From Bacteroidales bacterium UBA3630 (lineage in GTDB: Bacteria > Bacteroidota > Bacteroidia > Bacteroidales > P3): DNA of 64,000 nt. Location of the stretch: contig DFLB01000026.1 of NCBI GenBank assembly GCA_002373995.1, forward strand, positions 70,127 to 134,126. Reading direction: 5' to 3'. A model generated the notes under the pieces. The model was given only the letters and a program-made list of their open reading frames with translations. It searched no databases and had not been told where the DNA came from. A program made the translations under genes and the position numbers. This document shows, piece by piece, positions 46,819-58,823 of the stretch (positions are counted from its first letter, which is position 1; each line of letters opens with the position of its first letter).

Positions 46819-47196
46819 ATGAACATTCCTGCAAATCTGAAGTATACCCAGGATGATGAATGGGTACGCGTAGAGGGCGAATTTGCCTATGTTGGTATTA
46901 CAGACTATGCCCAGCACGAGCTTGGCGACATCGTTTTTGTCGATGTGACTTGCGAGGGCGACACAGTGGAAGCCGGCGAGCCTTTTGGCAGCGTTGAGGC
47001 TGTGAAGACTGTGGCTGACTTGCTGATGCCTGTGAAGGGTGAGGTGGTGGAGTTTAACGCCGACCTCGACGATGCCAGCGCTATCAATGCCGATCCTTAT
47101 GGCAAGGGCTGGATTATCAAGGTGCGTCCGGAGAACATGGCTGACATCGACGCTTTGATGGATGCCGCCGCTTACACTGCCAAGATTGGTGCGTAA
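46819..47196 (+). CDS. gcvH: Glycine cleavage system protein H
   Basis: 125 aa. Lipoyl-lysine context [11 protein letters not shown]-terminal YTQDDEWV. Confidence 0.95.
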   Translation: MNIPANLKYTQDDEWVRVEGEFAYVGITDYAQHELGDIVFVDVTCEGDTVEAGEPFGSVEAVKTVADLLMPVKGEVVEFNADLDDASAINADPYGKGWIIKVRPENMADIDALMDAAAYTAKIGA

Positions 47197-47230
47197 GACG
47201 CGTTGAGACGTTGAGACGTTGAGTAAAAAA

Positions 47231-47257
47231 AGGCTCTTTTGGTGGAGCCTTTTTTTT
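47231..47257 (+). terminator. Intrinsic terminator after gcvH
   Basis: AGGCTC-8 nt-GAGCCT followed by TTTTTTTT. Confidence 0.55.
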
Positions 47258-47272
47258 AGGTGCAGAAAAAAC

Positions 47273-47300
47273 AAAAGAGACTCCGCGGGGGAGTCTCTTT
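47273..47300. terminator. Bidirectional terminator hairpin (serves ilvE on the minus strand)
   Basis: GAGACTCC-GCGG-GGAGTCTC with T-runs on both strands. Confidence 0.65.
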
Positions 47301-47324
47301 TGAGTTTGCCTGAAGCAAAAGCGA

Positions 47325-48338
47325 TTAGTCCATGACGGTGTTCCAGCCGTGCTTGTCCTCGGCTTCGCCGAGCTGGATGGCGCGGAGGGCGTTGTAGAGC
47401 TTGGTGCTGTAGGGGCCGGGCTCTTTGCCGAAGACGTAGCTCTTGCCGGTTTCGGGGTCGTCGAGGCGCTCGATGGGGCTGATGACGGCAGCGGTGCCGC
47501 AGGCGCCGGCTTCCTGGAAGGTGCTGAGTTCTTCGACGTCGATGGGGCGGCGTTCGACTTTCATGCCCATGTCTTCAGCGAGCTGCATGAGGCTCTTGTT
47601 GGTGATGGAGGGCAGGATGGAAGTGCTCTTGGGAGTGATGTAGGCACCGTCTTTGATGCCGAAGAAGTTGGCGGCGCCGGCTTCGTCGACGTATTTCTTT
47701 TCCTTGGCGTCGAGGTAGAACTCGCAGGCGTATTGACCACCGTGGCAGGCTTCGACGTGGGCCCTGAGGGAAGCGGCGTAGTTGCCACCGACTTTATAGA
47801 TACCTGTGCCGAGGGGGGCGGAGCGGTCGTATTTGCGTGTGATGACGTAGGGGTTGGCTTTGAAGCCGCCTTTGAAGTAGGGTCCGACGGGAGTGACGAA
47901 GATGAGGAAGAGGTATTCGTCGGCGGGTTTGACACCGACGGTGATGCCAGTGCCGATGAGCAGCGGGCGGAGGTAGAGGCTGGCGCCGGTGCCGTAGGGC
48001 GGGATGAAGCGTTCGTTGAGTTTGATGACGCGTTTGCACATTTCGACGAATTTCTCGGTGGAGAGCTCGGGCATCATGATGCCGCGGCAGGTGCTCTGGA
48101 GGCGTTCGGCGTTGGCTTCGGGGCGGAAGATGCGGATTTTGCCGTCTTTGCAGCGGTAGGCTTTGAGGCCTTCGAAGGCTTCCTGGCCGTAGTGGAGGCT
48201 GGAGGCAGCCATGTGCATTTCGATGTGTTCGGAGCTTGAGGTTTCGATTTCACCCCACTGACCATTGCGGAACCAGCAGCGCACGTTGTAGTCCGTTTTT
48301 ACGTAACCAAACGGGAGGTTTTGCCAATCTATATTCAT
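47325..48338 (-). CDS. ilvE: Branched-chain-amino-acid aminotransferase (class IV)
   Basis: Start at MNIDWQNLPFGY. LHYGQEAFEGLKAY...YLRPL...GGNYAASL. Confidence 0.9.
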   Translation of the reverse strand: MNIDWQNLPFGYVKTDYNVRCWFRNGQWGEIETSSSEHIEMHMAASSLHYGQEAFEGLKAYRCKDGKIRIFRPEANAERLQSTCRGIMMPELSTEKFVEMCKRVIKLNERFIPPYGTGASLYLRPLLIGTGITVGVKPADEYLFLIFVTPVGPYFKGGFKANPYVITRKYDRSAPLGTGIYKVGGNYAASLRAHVEACHGGQYACEFYLDAKEKKYVDEAGAANFFGIKDGAYITPKSTSILPSITNKSLMQLAEDMGMKVERRPIDVEELSTFQEAGACGTAAVISPIERLDDPETGKSYVFGKEPGPYSTKLYNALRAIQLGEAEDKHGWNTVMD

Positions 48339-48457
48339 GGTAATGTGTTTTTTAGGTAACTTTAATGTTATTTTAACTGGCGACAAATATACAAAAAAAA
48401 TTATTAGTGGGGAGGAAAAACGAAAAATAAAACGGCGGGATGTGCGGCCTTGGATGT

Positions 48458-48545
48458 GCTTAGGATATGCTTAGGATATGCTTAGGATATGCTTAGGATA
48501 TGCTTAGGATATGCTTAGGATATGCTTAGGGAAGGGTTAGGGTAC
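48458..48545. repeat. 11-bp tandem repeat: GCTTAGGATAT in six perfect units plus two degenerate units
   Basis: Counted directly, with units starting at 48458, 48469, 48480, 48491, 48502 and 48513. The array lies about 110-200 bp upstream of the tRNA promoter. Confidence 0.95.
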
Positions 48546-48653
48546 GGAGAGGAGGGGTGGCGAGGAAAAGATTTTGGGGTTAAGAATTAGGCAGTTGCGT
48601 AGTGATGAGGGGGGCGTTTGGAAAAAATATTTTGCCATATCGGAAATTTGTAG

Positions 48654-48661
48654 TAATTTTG
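48654..48661 (+). promoter_or_regulatory. Promoter for the tRNA (-33 TTTG at 48631-48634, -7 TAATTTTG)
   Basis: Both boxes are present with 19-nt spacing. The tRNA starts 35 nt downstream. Confidence 0.6.
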
Positions 48662-48695
48662 CACCCGCTTTTGCGACGAGAAGAGAACGCAAAAC

Positions 48696-48769
48696 GGCCC
48701 CTTAGCTCAGTTGGTTAGAGCAGCTGACTCATAATCAGCGGGTCCTTGGTTCGAACCCGAGAGGGGCCA
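48696..48769 (+). tRNA. tRNA with CAT anticodon (Met, or Ile2 if lysidine-modified)
   Basis: The cloverleaf was read by eye. Acceptor stem GGCCCCT/AGGGGCC, D-arm AGCTCAGTTGGTTAGAGC, anticodon loop CTCATAA, T-arm GGTTCGAACC. Confidence 0.9.
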
Positions 48770-48777
48770 CAAAAGGA

Positions 48778-48834
48778 GGAAAGTGGGAAGTGGAAAGTGC
48801 AAGACGGCTTTCGACTTTCCACTTTTGACTTTAC
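48778..48834 (+). terminator. Hairpin made of inverted GGAAAGT heptamers downstream of the tRNA
   Basis: AAGTGGAAAGT at 48788-48798 pairs with ACTTTCCACTT at 48814-48824. T-rich sequence follows. Confidence 0.5.
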
Positions 48835-48843
48835 AGAGAGGCG

Positions 48844-49260
48844 ATGGGACGAATAATGGCAATAGACTATGGGCGTGTGCGCACGGGGCTGGCGGTGACG
48901 GACCCGATGCGGATAATAGCTACAGCGCTGGCGACGGTGGAGACGGGTCGGGTGATGCAATATATAAAAGAATATTGCGCGCGCGAGGAGGTGGATGTGT
49001 TTGTGGTGGGCGATGCGAAGAGGATGGATGGGAGCCCGTCGGAGTCGATGCAGATTATAGAGCCTTTTGTGGCGGCGCTACGGGAGGTGTTTCCCGAGAA
49101 GGAGGTGGCGCGGGTGGACGAGCGCTTCACGTCGAAGATGGCGTTCCAGACGATGATAGACAGTGGATTGAAGAAGAAAGACCGTCGCGACAAGGGGATG
49201 ATAGACCGTGTGGCGGCGACGATTATGCTGCAGGATTACATGCGGGGAGTGAGAGGATAA
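48844..49260 (+). CDS. ruvX: Holliday junction resolvase-like protein RuvX (YqgF)
   Basis: MGRIMAIDYGRVRTGLAVTD...DERFTS. Confidence 0.9.
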   Translation: MGRIMAIDYGRVRTGLAVTDPMRIIATALATVETGRVMQYIKEYCAREEVDVFVVGDAKRMDGSPSESMQIIEPFVAALREVFPEKEVARVDERFTSKMAFQTMIDSGLKKKDRRDKGMIDRVAATIMLQDYMRGVRG

Positions 49261-49314
49261 TGCTTGAATTTTAAACCATTATACGTTAGAACGTAAACTT
49301 AAAAGAGATAAGAG

Positions 49315-49875
49315 ATGATACTACCGATTGTGGGCTATGGAGCCCCGATACTGCGCAAGGTGGCGCAACCGATAGACCAGAGCTATCCGAACCTCAAGGA
49401 GCTGGTAGCCAACATGTACGAGACGATGTATGCCGCCGACGGCGTAGGGTTGGCGGCTCCGCAGGTGGATTTGCCGATACGGTTGGTGGTGATTGGCTTC
49501 CGGCCCTACGACGAGAAGACCGACAGCTACGGCGAGGTGACGGAGCAGCACACGCTGGTCAATCCGGAGATTGTGGCTTTCGGCGAGAAGAAAGACTACT
49601 ACAATGAAGGCTGCCTGTCGGTGCCTGACATTCACGAGGATGTGTTGCGTCCGACAACGGTGCGGGTGCACTACTGGGACGAAGACTGGGTGGAGCACAC
49701 GGACGATGCCACAGGCCTCTATGCCCGCGTGGTGCAGCATGAGGTGGACCACTTGGACGGGAAGGTGTTTACCGACCGCTTGAGCAACCTTCGCCGGACG
49801 ATGTTGCGCCGCAAGCTGAACGACATTGTTGCCGGCAAGGTGCATACGAAATATCGCATGAAGAGAGCGAAGTAA
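49315..49875 (+). CDS. def: Peptide deformylase
   Basis: The three deformylase motifs are present: GVGLAAPQV, EGCLSVP and HEVDHLDG. Confidence 0.95.
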   Translation: MILPIVGYGAPILRKVAQPIDQSYPNLKELVANMYETMYAADGVGLAAPQVDLPIRLVVIGFRPYDEKTDSYGEVTEQHTLVNPEIVAFGEKKDYYNEGCLSVPDIHEDVLRPTTVRVHYWDEDWVEHTDDATGLYARVVQHEVDHLDGKVFTDRLSNLRRTMLRRKLNDIVAGKVHTKYRMKRAK

Positions 49876-49903
49876 ATATTTCTCACATAAAAGGAACACA
49901 ATC

Positions 49904-50434
49904 ATGGATAAAGGAAGAATAAAAGTGCACGCAATGGCAGGGCTGATGGTTGCTTTGTGCGTAGCGACACTGGTGGGCTGCGGGCCCAACCGCGAGAAGC
50001 AGATACAGGCGATCGAGGCGCACGAGCAGAGCCTCTCGATGCCCGACTTAGAGACGGAAGATAGCGTCTTCACCGAACTGATAGGGCTTTATCGGGCTTT
50101 TGCCGCCGACTTTCCGGACGACAGCCTGGCTCCGGTCTACCTGATGCGAGCCGCCGATGCGAGCATCAGCGCCGGTCAACCCGAACAGGCCGTGGAGTTG
50201 CTGGACAACGTGATAGACCAGTACCCCGGATTTGAAGACATGGGGGGGTGCTGGTTTCTGAAGGGTTACGCCTACGAGACAGCCGAACGCTTCGACGAAG
50301 CACGAGAAGCCTACACGTATTTCGTGGACAACTACCCAGACCATTACCTTGCCGCTGATACGCGCAAGACCCTCCCCTACCTGGGCATGACGGCCGAAGA
50401 GATGTTTGAGGCCATCATGGAGGCGGCGAAGTAG
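49904..50434 (+). CDS. TPR-like lipoprotein
   Basis: Lipobox LVGCG. Helical repeats such as AVELLDNVIDQYP and AREAYTYFVDNYPDH, which are YbgF/TPR-like. Confidence 0.5.
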   Translation: MDKGRIKVHAMAGLMVALCVATLVGCGPNREKQIQAIEAHEQSLSMPDLETEDSVFTELIGLYRAFAADFPDDSLAPVYLMRAADASISAGQPEQAVELLDNVIDQYPGFEDMGGCWFLKGYAYETAERFDEAREAYTYFVDNYPDHYLAADTRKTLPYLGMTAEEMFEAIMEAAK

Positions 50435-50458
50435 TGTACGATGTTCAGTGTTTAGCGG

Positions 50459-53116
50459 GTGGAGATGAAGATTAAGCGTTTTCGCATCAGGGCCAGCTAT
50501 CCGAACTTCTTCATGGTTAATCTCTATGCCCGGGAAGGGCGTGAAATATTCAACCACGACAGCGAAGATCCGGAGAACCAACTGGAAGGCAATAAGCCAG
50601 GCACCGTCATCTACCAGCTGGAAGGCGACAGCGACGATACCGTGCGCGAGTTTCCGCCGCGGTGGTACGACATGTACAGCCTGCTCAAACAGTCGGTCGA
50701 AGAACGTCGCCGCTACATCGAGATGCTGCTGGAAGAGAAAGAGAGCGGCCAAGCCTGTGCAAGACTGGAAGAGAAGCGCAACGCCTTTCGCGAGGAATGC
50801 CGCCAATACACCAGCCACCATCCGCTGACCGACAACGAATACCTGATCACCACGCTCACCGAGGGCGAGTTTACCGACGAGGGCATCAGCTACAAAGGGC
50901 GAATGCTGCTGGATTTGACCCACAACAGCTATCCGGTGCCGGACTTCTGCATACTGACAGCCAAGTCGTTCAACCAGCCCGACCTGCTGCCGGAGTTGAT
51001 GGAGACAGCCATCAGCAACCTGGAGACCATGACCAACTGTACGTTGGGCGACAGCCACAATCCGCTCGTCTTCGCCATACGGTGCGCCATGCCGCAGTAT
51101 ATACCGGGCCTGATGCCGACGTTGCTCAACATCGGCGTCACACGGACGGCCTACGAAGGGCTGAGGAACATGTATGCCGACGCCATGGCCAACCGCGTGT
51201 ATCTCAGCACCCTGCACTCGATTGCCGAGATGCTCGGCATCGAACACCGCTACGAGCGGGCCGACATCAGCCTCAGCCCCGAAGAACAGCAAGACCGCAT
51301 TGCCCACCTTGAAACCTGCATTGGTCAGGTGGACGGCAGGCTGCTAAGCGACGCCCACTATCAGGCCCTGCAATTGATACAGCATGTGCGGCGATTCTAC
51401 CTCGACAACTCGGACCTCATCCTTACCTTCATGCAAGGGAAGCAGGCCTTTCCGAGCATGATACTGCAACGCATGGTGTGGACCATCGGCAACAACGAGA
51501 GCTATCCCGGGGTGCTCTACAGCCGCCATTCGCGCACGGGCACCGGCAAGCAAGTGGAAAGCTACCGCAATATCTTCGGTGAAGAGATAATGACGGGCGA
51601 TGTAACGACAGAAGACCTGGCCTACAGCGACCGAGCGGAGATACGGCAACAATTTCCTGCCGTCTACCACTTCGACCCGTTGCTCAAGAAACTCGAGTCG
51701 CGATACCATACGCCCGTCACCATCGAGTTTGCCGTCGAGACACGTCCACACGAAGTGAGCCTCTTCTCCGTGTTGCAGCTCAATGCCAGCGAGATGACCG
51801 GCCGCGCGGCCCTGGTCTCGGCCATAAACCTGCGCAACGAAGGCCTTGTGGAAGACATCCACGTGATGGATCTCATCAAGCCCTACCACCTGCGCCAGAT
51901 CATCTCGGCCTCGATCGACGACCGCTCCATCTCCAGGCTGCAACCCTTTTCGCACGGGCTCTCCGTGCTGCCCCGTACAGCCATCTCCGCGCGGCTCTGC
52001 CTATCGATAGCCAGCGCGCGTGAATGGAAATCGAAAGGGCAGAACGTCTGCCTCTGCCAGCAACACTTTGTGCCCGAAGACACCATCACGCTCAACGAAG
52101 TAGACGCCATCCTGTCCATCATGCCTGCCGCCATCCACGTTGTCACCGCCTGCCGAGGATACGGCATCCCTGCCTTTATGGACCTTCAGTCCTATGGAGT
52201 GAAGATAGAAGGCACCAGCATAGTCAACGCCGAGGGTGTGAGAATTGACGAAGGCGAGATGCTCACCGTCAGTTCGCGGAGACAGAGCATCTATCGCGGC
52301 CAGGCAGCATTCCGACCGGCGCGATTCACAAAATACCTGCAAGGGATGAAAGTGGAACTCACCCCGGAAGAAGAGACCTTCTTCGAGGAGATGAAGACCG
52401 CTTACCAACAATACCAAAACATCGTCGGTGAACAGCAAGCCTCGTACATCACCGATCTTGGCAAACTGGCACGTCTGATACGCATCGATATGAAAGACGA
52501 TCCGAAGAAAGCTGCCGGCATCGTCAACATCTGGTACGAAAGTCATCCTGGCGACTACGTGGACGGCGTGCTGCAAAGCCGTATGGGAGACCACAACGAC
52601 CAAAGCCGACTCTTCAACCTGCTGCGCACGACGAACAAAGTCGACTTCTTCCGGCGCGTGTATCACACCTGCCGCGAACGGGCCATCTCAGGGCTTACGG
52701 CCGGCAGTTTCATGATTGGACGCTTCGTTGCGCGGCCGCTGCCCGTTGCCATGTGGAACAGCCTCTCCGATGCAGTGGTAGCCTTCCTGCTCAACGAATA
52801 TGTGCTCTACGAAAAGTACATACAAGTGCTGCAAGAAGTGGGCGAAATCAAGCTTGCCCGAGCCCACTCACGCATTGAGACGGAAGGTATCGACAACATG
52901 GTGCTACGCAACTTCGACCTCACCAACTTCATACCCCTGCTACGCTCGACACACGACTGGCAACAAGTGGCCAACGGGCTCGAACTCATCGAGCATCAGG
53001 ACAACACACATCTGCTTGTAGAAATGCTCAGCCAGCCCCTCGAACAACTGTTCGACATGAAAAGTGCCTGGAAACGCTCGATAGTAGAGCAGGTGATGAA
53101 AGAAGCCGGCGAATAA
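50459..53116 (+). CDS. PPDK-related protein: N-terminal extension, PPDK-type nucleotide-binding domain, phosphohistidine swivel domain and an unrelated helical C-terminal domain
   Basis: 885 aa. NPLVFAIRCAMPQYIPGLMPTLLNIGV aligns by eye with PPDK NPLLVSVRSGA..SMPGMMDTVLNLGL. AAIHVVTACRGYGIPAF aligns with TSHAAVVARGMGKP. No PEP/pyruvate TIM-barrel motifs were seen. Confidence 0.65.
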   Translation: MEMKIKRFRIRASYPNFFMVNLYAREGREIFNHDSEDPENQLEGNKPGTVIYQLEGDSDDTVREFPPRWYDMYSLLKQSVEERRRYIEMLLEEKESGQACARLEEKRNAFREECRQYTSHHPLTDNEYLITTLTEGEFTDEGISYKGRMLLDLTHNSYPVPDFCILTAKSFNQPDLLPELMETAISNLETMTNCTLGDSHNPLVFAIRCAMPQYIPGLMPTLLNIGVTRTAYEGLRNMYADAMANRVYLSTLHSIAEMLGIEHRYERADISLSPEEQQDRIAHLETCIGQVDGRLLSDAHYQALQLIQHVRRFYLDNSDLILTFMQGKQAFPSMILQRMVWTIGNNESYPGVLYSRHSRTGTGKQVESYRNIFGEEIMTGDVTTEDLAYSDRAEIRQQFPAVYHFDPLLKKLESRYHTPVTIEFAVETRPHEVSLFSVLQLNASEMTGRAALVSAINLRNEGLVEDIHVMDLIKPYHLRQIISASIDDRSISRLQPFSHGLSVLPRTAISARLCLSIASAREWKSKGQNVCLCQQHFVPEDTITLNEVDAILSIMPAAIHVVTACRGYGIPAFMDLQSYGVKIEGTSIVNAEGVRIDEGEMLTVSSRRQSIYRGQAAFRPARFTKYLQGMKVELTPEEETFFEEMKTAYQQYQNIVGEQQASYITDLGKLARLIRIDMKDDPKKAAGIVNIWYESHPGDYVDGVLQSRMGDHNDQSRLFNLLRTTNKVDFFRRVYHTCRERAISGLTAGSFMIGRFVARPLPVAMWNSLSDAVVAFLLNEYVLYEKYIQVLQEVGEIKLARAHSRIETEGIDNMVLRNFDLTNFIPLLRSTHDWQQVANGLELIEHQDNTHLLVEMLSQPLEQLFDMKSAWKRSIVEQVMKEAGE

Positions 53117-53131
53117 AGAAACTGCCCGTGG

Positions 53132-56995
<3,864 letters not shown>

Positions 56996-56999
<4 letters not shown>

Positions 57000-57481
57000 T
57001 AGTCAATCTGGGGGAAGAGCTTGCGCATGGCGGCCAAGTTGGGGTTGCTTTTAAGCATGGCGTTGTACTTATCAGTAGGCGAATAAACGAGTTCGTTCTG
57101 CTCTACAAACAGCGGGTTCACCTTGGCATCGAGCATAGGCATACCGGTCTTCTTGCGCAGCTGTTCCATGACGGCAATCTTGTGGGGCTTGAAATCGTCG
57201 TAGAACCATGTAGCCTGAGCGTCGATCTCGATGCGTCCGGTATGTTCGCCGAGGCGCACTTTAGCGTGGGAGAGGAGTTCTTCGAGGTTTAATTCGCGAG
57301 CGGTTTCCTGCCAGTAGCGTTCGAGGTCCTCCTGGATGAGGGCTTTGGGTTCGGCCTGCAAGGAGGGCGCTGCCGGGGTAGCGGCAGTTTTGAGTTGACT
57401 GATAGAGGGGGTGAGGTGGGGAGCCGGGAGCGGAGAGCTGGCAGCGGGTGGTTGCTTGAGGGAGGCGGGTTTCTGTTCCAC
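56996..57481 (-). CDS. dnaX: C-terminal (tau-specific) part of DnaX, separated from the N-terminal part only by one in-frame TAG
   Basis: Same reading frame as 57611-58735. The frame is open from 57610 down to 56999. The ORF-track start at 57481 is a GTG. Pro/Ala/Lys-rich linker followed by a conserved-looking C-terminal domain. Confidence 0.6.
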
Positions 57482-57610
57482 GGGTTCTTCCTTTGGCGCT
57501 ACGGACTCGGGGTGTTGCGCTTTGGGTACTACGCTATCCTCCTTAGGCTTTGCGGCTGCCGGCTTGGGGTCAACATTGTCCGTGCCTGCCCTTGCGGGGC
57601 CTCTTGCAAT

Positions 57611-58735
57611 CTATCCTTGTGCCTGCGGCATGGAGACCGCGGCCATCTTCATCAGCCCTATTTCGACGAAGAGGCGCTTGTTGTTAGCCTCACGGAAACG
57701 GTATTCGAAGTCGCTGGCGGTGCCAAGATAATTGAGCAGCAGCGGCAAGCCACACTGTTGCGCCTGCTGGCCGAGGCGAGCACGCAATTTCTCGCCGCCT
57801 TCGACCAAGGACAGTGTCTGCGGGTCGAGGCTGACCATCAGATTGCGGAGGTGTTCGCAGAGGCCTGTGAGGAAATGCTGGCCGCCGAAGCCACGGGCAG
57901 TGATGTCCTGGTAGAGGAGTAGCGACTGGCTGAGGTCGCCAGCACGCAGACAGTCGACCAGGCGGAAATAGTAGTCGGTGTCAAGGACATTGAGGTTTTC
58001 GAGGCAGCCTTGATAGGTGAGGTTGCCCTGGGTGAAGTTGACTAGTTGGTCGAAGGTACTCAGGGCGTCGCGCATGCCTCCTTCGGCCTTAGAAGCAATG
58101 AGTTCGAGGGCTTCGGGCTCGAAAGTTACGCCTTCGTTGCGGGCAACAAATTCGAGGTGGTGCACAATATCCGGGACCTCAATGCGTTTAAAGTCGAAGA
58201 CTTGGCAACGGCTCAGAATGGTGGGGATGACTTTGTTTTTTTCTGTGGTGGCGAGGATGAATTTGGCGTAGGCTGGCGGTTCCTCGAGGGTTTTGAGGAA
58301 AGCGTTGAAAGCGCCGGTGCTGAGCATGTGAACCTCGTCGATGATGTAGACCTTGTAGCGGCCAGTCTGCGGGGGGATGTAGACCTGCTGAGTGAGTTCA
58401 CGCATGTTGTCGACGCCGTTGTTGCTTGCGGCATCGAGTTCGAAGATATTCATCGAGGCGCCGTCGTTGAAGGAGCGGCAGCTTTCGCACTCGTTGCAGG
58501 CCTCGCCGTCGGGGGTGCGGTGCTCGCAGTTGATGGTTTTGGCCAGGATGCGTGCACAGGTTGTCTTGCCCACCCCGCGGCTGCCACAGAAGAGGAAGGC
58601 CTGTGGCAGCTGGCCGGTGAGGATGGCATTCTTCAGCGTGCGCGTGATATGTTCTTGGCCTACGACGGTGGCGAATGTCGCAGGACGGTATTTTCTTGCC
58701 GAGACTACAAAGTTATCCATATGTTTAATATTCAA
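57611..58735 (-). CDS. dnaX: DNA polymerase III subunit gamma/tau, N-terminal ATPase domains I-III (ends at an in-frame TAG)
   Basis: RPATFATVVGQEH, P-loop GSRGVGKTT, zinc module CNECESC and SRC motif LSRCQ. Confidence 0.9.
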   Translation of the reverse strand: MNIKHMDNFVVSARKYRPATFATVVGQEHITRTLKNAILTGQLPQAFLFCGSRGVGKTTCARILAKTINCEHRTPDGEACNECESCRSFNDGASMNIFELDAASNNGVDNMRELTQQVYIPPQTGRYKVYIIDEVHMLSTGAFNAFLKTLEEPPAYAKFILATTEKNKVIPTILSRCQVFDFKRIEVPDIVHHLEFVARNEGVTFEPEALELIASKAEGGMRDALSTFDQLVNFTQGNLTYQGCLENLNVLDTDYYFRLVDCLRAGDLSQSLLLYQDITARGFGGQHFLTGLCEHLRNLMVSLDPQTLSLVEGGEKLRARLGQQAQQCGLPLLLNYLGTASDFEYRFREANNKRLFVEIGLMKMAAVSMPQAQG

Positions 58736-58823
58736 ATGTTAATAGGCATCACCCCCACCAAATCAATCTTGCAAATATACAAAATTATTTTGATGTGAAG
58801 CCTACTTCGCGAAAAAAAAGATG

